Assembly (NCBI GenBank): GCA_038046625.1
Contig: JBBSVV010000014.1
Span: 1 to 20,945, forward strand
Source: an archaeon
GTDB lineage: Archaea; Iainarchaeota; Iainarchaeia; Iainarchaeales; Iainarchaeaceae
Direction of reading: 5' to 3'
Length of the DNA stretch: 20,945 nucleotides
Position numbers and translations under genes: made by a program. Each line of letters starts with the position of its first letter. Positions within the stretch are counted from its first letter, which is position 1. Positions 16,960-20,945 of the stretch are shown here, piece after piece. The notes under the pieces were generated by a model. The model did not search any database. It saw only the letters and a list, made by a program, of their open reading frames with translations, and was not told the DNA's origin.

Positions 16960-17889
16960 TCAGGGTTTTATTCCTGCCGTTACCTTAAATGTTTTGAAAC
17001 CGAGTGCGGAGCACTTCTTTGAGACTTTTTCCTGCAGTTCCTTTTCTGGCGTCAAAGCGATTGCATTGCCCCCTACTCCCGCGCCTGTGAGTTTCGCACC
17101 GAGGGCACCTGACTCAAGAGATGCCTCGATTATTTTTTCGAGCTGGCTTGAGCTCACGCCTATTCTGCGCAGCAGTTCCTGGTTTTTGTTCATCAGGGAG
17201 CCGACTTTTTTCCAGTCGGCTTTTTCAACTTCGTTTTTTGCTTTCAATGCCAGTTCAGAGTATGATGCAAAGATTTTTTCGAATTCCTTCGGGTTTTCCT
17301 CTTTTTGCTTGCGCACCTTTGCAATGAGCTCTGCCGTGTCATTGATGATGCCTGTGTCTATGAGAACAATCCTGACAGGCTCTGGAATTTGCAGCTGTTC
17401 AACCGTGTTCGCGGCACCTTTTTTGAACCACAGCATTCCGCCGAAAGTGGAAACCGTGTTATCAATGCCGCTGGGGCTTGAGTGAAAAACTTTTTCCACC
17501 TCGAAGGTTATTTCGTTTATCCTTTTGTCATCAATGCCCAAAGAAAATTCCTTATTGAGGCAGCTAAGGATTGAGACGCCAAGGGCCGCACTTGAACCCA
17601 TGCCGCCCATGAGGCTCATGTTTGTTGAAAGTTTAAGGCGGAAATTTTTTTCTTTTATGCCTGTTTCGCGCAGGATAACTTGAATTACCTGGCCGAGCTT
17701 TTTCGCTTTGTCCTCGCCGTAGTTGATTGTTTCTCCGGTAACAAGGTCGTTCGCAGTTATTCCGCCGGACACTTTTTTCTCATATGTGCATGTTGTGTTG
17801 AGCTCTATGGATGCCGCAATTCCCGGCATGCCGTAAACCACAAAGTGTTCGCCGAACAAAATTGCTTTTCCGTAACCTATTCCGGGCAT
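16960..17889 (-). CDS. mvk: Mevalonate kinase (paralog 1)
   Basis: GYGKAILFGEHFVVYG, GMGSSAA, HSSPSGIDNT and GAKLTGAGVGG. ATG 17889 is preferred because the longer ORF would run through the TATA box. Confidence 0.87.
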   Translation of the reverse strand: MPGIGYGKAILFGEHFVVYGMPGIAASIELNTTCTYEKKVSGGITANDLVTGETINYGEDKAKKLGQVIQVILRETGIKEKNFRLKLSTNMSLMGGMGSSAALGVSILSCLNKEFSLGIDDKRINEITFEVEKVFHSSPSGIDNTVSTFGGMLWFKKGAANTVEQLQIPEPVRIVLIDTGIINDTAELIAKVRKQKEENPKEFEKIFASYSELALKAKNEVEKADWKKVGSLMNKNQELLRRIGVSSSQLEKIIEASLESGALGAKLTGAGVGGNAIALTPEKELQEKVSKKCSALGFKTFKVTAGIKP

Positions 17890-17918
17890 TTCAATCTCAA
17901 ATAGAGAGCGGATAAAAT

Positions 17919-17928
17919 TATTTAAATA
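17919..17928 (-). promoter_or_regulatory. Putative archaeal TATA box for the mvk-mvk-mvaD-pmk operon
   Basis: Palindromic TATTTAAATA ~30 nt upstream of ATG 17889. Confidence 0.55.
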
Positions 17929-17978
17929 CAGCAAGCGGATGAATGGCTTGGAGCCTTTTTGCCCATCTTTTCACAAGC

Positions 17979-17986
17979 TTTAAATA
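17979..17986 (+). promoter_or_regulatory. Putative archaeal TATA box for the lipoprotein gene
   Basis: TTTAAATA upstream of ATGs 18009 and 18033. Confidence 0.5.
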
Positions 17987-18032
17987 GCCCTGCAGCCACC
18001 AATATTGTATGGATAATGGAATTATAGCCGGA

Positions 18033-18509
18033 ATGAAGCCTAAGCTGGTGGCCGCAGTTTTAATTGTTGCGGCACTCATATTTTTCAGTGGTTGTGCCGT
18101 GCAGAACAGTGACCTTTCGGTGAAGTATAAGGCCATTACACAGGCAGGGATTAAGGATTATACCACAACAATCAATGTTTCCCCTGACGGAAATTATGAT
18201 TTTGAAATAACCGGCCAGATTCAGGAAAAGTTTTCCAAGAAACTTTCCCAGGCTGAAATAGACGAACTCATACAGCTGGTGCAGAAAAACAATTTCTTCA
18301 GCCTCCCGGAAGACTTGAGCGCGAAACCCGGAGACTGCATGGATGGCGCAACAGTGCAAATGGAAATAACCCTTAACGGGCAAACACATAAGTCGGGCGG
18401 GTACTGCGTGCAGGACAACGGTTTTTCCGAAATAGGCCAGAAGCTCTATGATATTTACCAGTTCGACCCGGCGATTGTGGAAAAATATAAAAACCTAAAC
18501 GGATACTAA
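18033..18509 (+). CDS. Putative lipoprotein (DUF6438-like)
   Basis: MKPK, hydrophobic core and FSGC lipobox, then INVSPDG...KLSQAEIDEL..NNFFSL..CMDG. ATG 18009 is the alternative start. Confidence 0.75.
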   Translation: MKPKLVAAVLIVAALIFFSGCAVQNSDLSVKYKAITQAGIKDYTTTINVSPDGNYDFEITGQIQEKFSKKLSQAEIDELIQLVQKNNFFSLPEDLSAKPGDCMDGATVQMEITLNGQTHKSGGYCVQDNGFSEIGQKLYDIYQFDPAIVEKYKNLNGY

Positions 18510-18549
18510 ACCGATAACTAAAGCCAGCAGATTTCTCTCAGGAAAACGC

Positions 18550-18951
18550 TTAAATTACCTTGAACTTGTATCCATACGCTATTGCGGCTTCGTGGTGCTC
18601 GTCCGCAATTTTCCTGAAAACCTTTTTGACTTTCGCGCCGAACTTCATTTTGTCTTTTTCCGAGTCAACGATCTGCGTGAGCAACTTGACTTTGTTCGTG
18701 AGCTCTATTATTGCGAGGAAGTACGGGGTTTCATACTCGAACCCTAAAGGGCCAACGAATACTTCCGTCCAGCTCAGGATTTTTCCTTCGCGCGGCATTT
18801 CCTTTGGGATGAGCTTTGCCTTTCTCCCGCCTTTCGGGTCTACGACGCGCGCTGGGAAGAACTCCTCGCCGGTTTCAGTATTTTTGTTTCCCTCGAGCCT
18901 GTATCTTTCAGGGTATTTTCTCCAATGCAACGGCAGTGAACCCTGTACCAT
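18550..18951 (-). CDS. DUF35 / OB-fold scaffold of the thiolase-HMGCS complex (zinc-ribbon Cys lost)
   Basis: WR..PERYRLEG, FP.R, GKILSWT, PYFLAIIEL, VFRKI and YGYKF, plus gene context. Confidence 0.9.
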   Translation of the reverse strand: MVQGSLPLHWRKYPERYRLEGNKNTETGEEFFPARVVDPKGGRKAKLIPKEMPREGKILSWTEVFVGPLGFEYETPYFLAIIELTNKVKLLTQIVDSEKDKMKFGAKVKKVFRKIADEHHEAAIAYGYKFKVI

Positions 18952-18955
18952 TTTT

Positions 18956-19282
18956 TCACCCTAGTTTGACCGCGGTTCCGTATGCGAGTATTTCAGCTGC
19001 GTACGGCATGACTTCGCTTGTAACGAACCTGACATTTAGTATCGCATCGGCATTCAGTTTTTCCGCTTCCTGAACCATTCTTTGTATTGCTTCTTCGCGC
19101 GCCTCGTTCAAGGAGGTTACGTAAGCCGAAATTTCTCCGCCGAAAATGCCCTGTATGCCGGCCACAAAGTGCCCTCCGACTCCCCTAGAGCGGATTGTGT
19201 TCCCCCTTACAACTCCTAAAATCTGCGTAATTTTTTTGTTCGGTATAAAATCCGTTGTTGTCTGTATCATAGCCATTTCCAT
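18956..19282 (-). CDS. ybjQ: YbjQ / UPF0145 family protein
   Basis: TTTDFIP..I...LGVVRG, GGEI..Y, AREEAIQRM...A..L.ADAI..VRF and EILAYGTAV. AGGAGG RBS at 19287-19292. Confidence 0.9.
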   Translation of the reverse strand: MEMAMIQTTTDFIPNKKITQILGVVRGNTIRSRGVGGHFVAGIQGIFGGEISAYVTSLNEAREEAIQRMVQEAEKLNADAILNVRFVTSEVMPYAAEILAYGTAVKLG

Positions 19283-19296
19283 CAGTCCTCCTTAGG

Positions 19297-20463
19297 TCAT
19301 GCTTTCCTGTAAATGTGAACTACTGCTGTTGCTCCTGAACCGCCGATATTATGCGTGAGGCCTATTTCCGCGCCTTTAACCTGCCTTTTTCCGGCATTGT
19401 TGTTCAATTGCTGGTATGCCTCGATTGCCTGTGCAACACCTGTCGCGCCAACGGGGTGCCCTTTTGCTTTTAATCCGCCTGAAGTGTTTACTGGGATTGA
19501 GCCGTCCATTTTTGTGTTTCCCTGTTCAGTGAATTTTCCGCCTTCTCCCTGTTTGCAGAAGCCGAGGGCTTCTATTGCCATTATTTCCGCTATTGTGAAG
19601 CAATCATGAACTTCCGCAAAGTCAATGTCCTTTGGAGTTAAATTGGCCTGCTCGTACGCCTGCTTTCCAGCGATTTTTCCGGCTTTTGTTTCGTATAAAT
19701 TTTCGCGCGAAGCAAGCGCAAGAGTATCAGAAGCCTGCGCGGATGCAATGATTTCAACAGCTTTTTTGTCAAGCTTGTTTTTCTTCGCGTAATCACTCGA
19801 GACAAGTATCACTGCCGCGGCGCCGTCGCTTATCGGCGAGCAGTCAAGCAATTTCAAAGGAGAGGCAACGTAACCTGATTTCATTACCTGTTCAAGCGTA
19901 ACCGCGTTCTGGAACTGCGCGTAAGGGTTATGAACGGCGTTCGAATGGTTTTTCACGGCAACGTGCGCCAATTGTTCTTCTGTTGTGCCGAATTTATTCA
20001 TGTGCGCACGAGCCATTAGTGCATATAGTGCTGGAAACGAAGCACCCATAAAAAGCTCTGTTTCTTGGTCCCCGGCGCCGCCAAGTGCGAATCCCGCGTC
20101 TTCGGTTGAAACTTCGGTCATTTTTTCTATTCCGCCTACAGCAACCACATCGTACATTCCTGAAGCGACCGCTATGTAACCGTTGCGCAGCGCAACGCCT
20201 CCGGATGCGCACGCAGCTTCTAAACGGGTTGAAGGGATTGGATTGAGCCCAAGTTGGTCTGCAATGAGTGCTCCGATGTGTTCCTGCCCTACAAAGCGGC
20301 CTGAAGCCATGCATCCGCCGTAAACAGCCTGGATGTCTTTTCTTTCGAGCCCTGAATCCAAAATAGCTTTTACGCCTGCTTCGGCTATGAGTTCCTTGAA
20401 GTTCTTTTCCCAGTGCTCGCCGAATTTGGTGCATCCGGCTCCGATTATGCTTACGCTTCTCAT
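19297..20463 (-). CDS. Archaeal acetoacetyl-CoA thiolase (acetyl-CoA C-acetyltransferase)
   Basis: EAACASGG, CSPISDGAAA, AEVHDCF, GHPVGATG and HNIGG. Directly downstream of HMG-CoA synthase. Confidence 0.93.
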   Translation of the reverse strand: MRSVSIIGAGCTKFGEHWEKNFKELIAEAGVKAILDSGLERKDIQAVYGGCMASGRFVGQEHIGALIADQLGLNPIPSTRLEAACASGGVALRNGYIAVASGMYDVVAVGGIEKMTEVSTEDAGFALGGAGDQETELFMGASFPALYALMARAHMNKFGTTEEQLAHVAVKNHSNAVHNPYAQFQNAVTLEQVMKSGYVASPLKLLDCSPISDGAAAVILVSSDYAKKNKLDKKAVEIIASAQASDTLALASRENLYETKAGKIAGKQAYEQANLTPKDIDFAEVHDCFTIAEIMAIEALGFCKQGEGGKFTEQGNTKMDGSIPVNTSGGLKAKGHPVGATGVAQAIEAYQQLNNNAGKRQVKGAEIGLTHNIGGSGATAVVHIYRKA

Positions 20464-20472
20464 TTTTTCACA

Positions 20473-20945
20473 TCACAAGCTCTTGATTTTTTTCCTGTGT
20501 ATTAAGTATTGTCCGTAATCAACATATTCTTTTTCCTCGATCGCTTTCAGCAAAGGAACCTTAGCGCGCTTTTTCACGATGTTTTTTGTCGCGGTCATTA
20601 TGAATGCATCACTGCCCGCGCCGGAACCGTAGCTCGTCACCAAAATCTTTTCACCCGGCTTCGCCACATCAAGCACTGATGCGAGGCCAACCATTGATGC
20701 ACCGGAGTAAGTGTTTCCTATGTGCGGGGTCAAAAAGCCCTGTAGGATTTTCTTTTCATCGAAGCCAAGTATTTTTGCAGCTCTTTGGGGGAATTTTCCG
20801 TTGGGCTGGTGGAAAACCGCGTAATCGAAATCCTTTGCTTCCATGCCTGCCTTTTCCATCATGTTGCGCGCGCAGCTCAGAACGTGCCTGAAATAAGCCG
20901 GCTCTCCTGTGAATCTTCCACCGTGTGAAGGGAATTCCGCGTGCT
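20473..20945 (-). CDS. Archaeal HMG-CoA synthase, C-terminal part (5' end outside the window)
   Basis: Frame is open to the window edge: PSHGGRFTGEPAYFRH, FHQPNGKFP, IGNTYSG and SYGSGAGSD. Confidence 0.93.
   Translation of the reverse strand, partial: HAEFPSHGGRFTGEPAYFRHVLSCARNMMEKAGMEAKDFDYAVFHQPNGKFPQRAAKILGFDEKKILQGFLTPHIGNTYSGASMVGLASVLDVAKPGEKILVTSYGSGAGSDAFIMTATKNIVKKRAKVPLLKAIEEKEYVDYGQYLIHRKKIKSL

Noticed and set aside
15950..17889. The two mvk genes as an assembly duplication, or one of them as PMK or galactokinase
   Set aside because: The sequences are strongly diverged, both carry MVK-type GEHFVVYG/SGIDN motifs, and a distinct PMK is present.
146..20891. Many alternative-frame and antisense ORFs in the track (e.g. 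436-915, 1404-2021, 2690-3568, 5533-6042, 12772-13446, 16952-17485)
   Set aside because: They overlap well-supported genes and have no motifs, as expected for shadow ORFs.
1..20945. tRNA, rRNA, IS elements, integrases or prophage genes
   Set aside because: Intergenic gaps are short, with no cloverleaf or terminal-repeat patterns, and no transposase, integrase or viral motifs were recognised.

Overview
Gene-dense archaeal window, most likely from a DPANN lineage such as Ca. Diapherotrites/Iainarchaeota. This is inferred from GGTGA-type RBSs, TTTAWATA boxes, class III signal peptides and an archaeal HMGCS/thiolase/DUF35 module; the taxon was not verified. The left ~12 kb is a cell-surface locus. 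It holds two giant proteins that share a pilin-type class III signal peptide and a matching Cys-rich N-terminal module but carry different cargo (beta-helix/FN3/Ig/DNRLRE-like versus MopE-like repeats/choice-of-anchor X/M64-like metallopeptidase). It also holds a Cys-rich membrane-anchored protein directly downstream of the second giant gene, a VPENP-CTERM surface protein, an alpha/beta hydrolase, a DUF6498 membrane protein and a 38-aa C2H2 zinc-finger microprotein missed by the ORF track. The right ~8 kb is a chimeric mevalonate cluster. Its archaeal upper module has HMG-CoA synthase (truncated by the window), thiolase, an inserted YbjQ gene and a Cys-free DUF35. Its classical lower module has two tandem mevalonate kinases, diphosphomevalonate decarboxylase, a Nudix/IDI-1-like-phosphomevalonate kinase fusion and a convergent IDI-1-like gene lacking the catalytic Cys. 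No RNA genes, CRISPR arrays or mobile elements were recognised. All family calls come from motif recognition by eye, not database searches.
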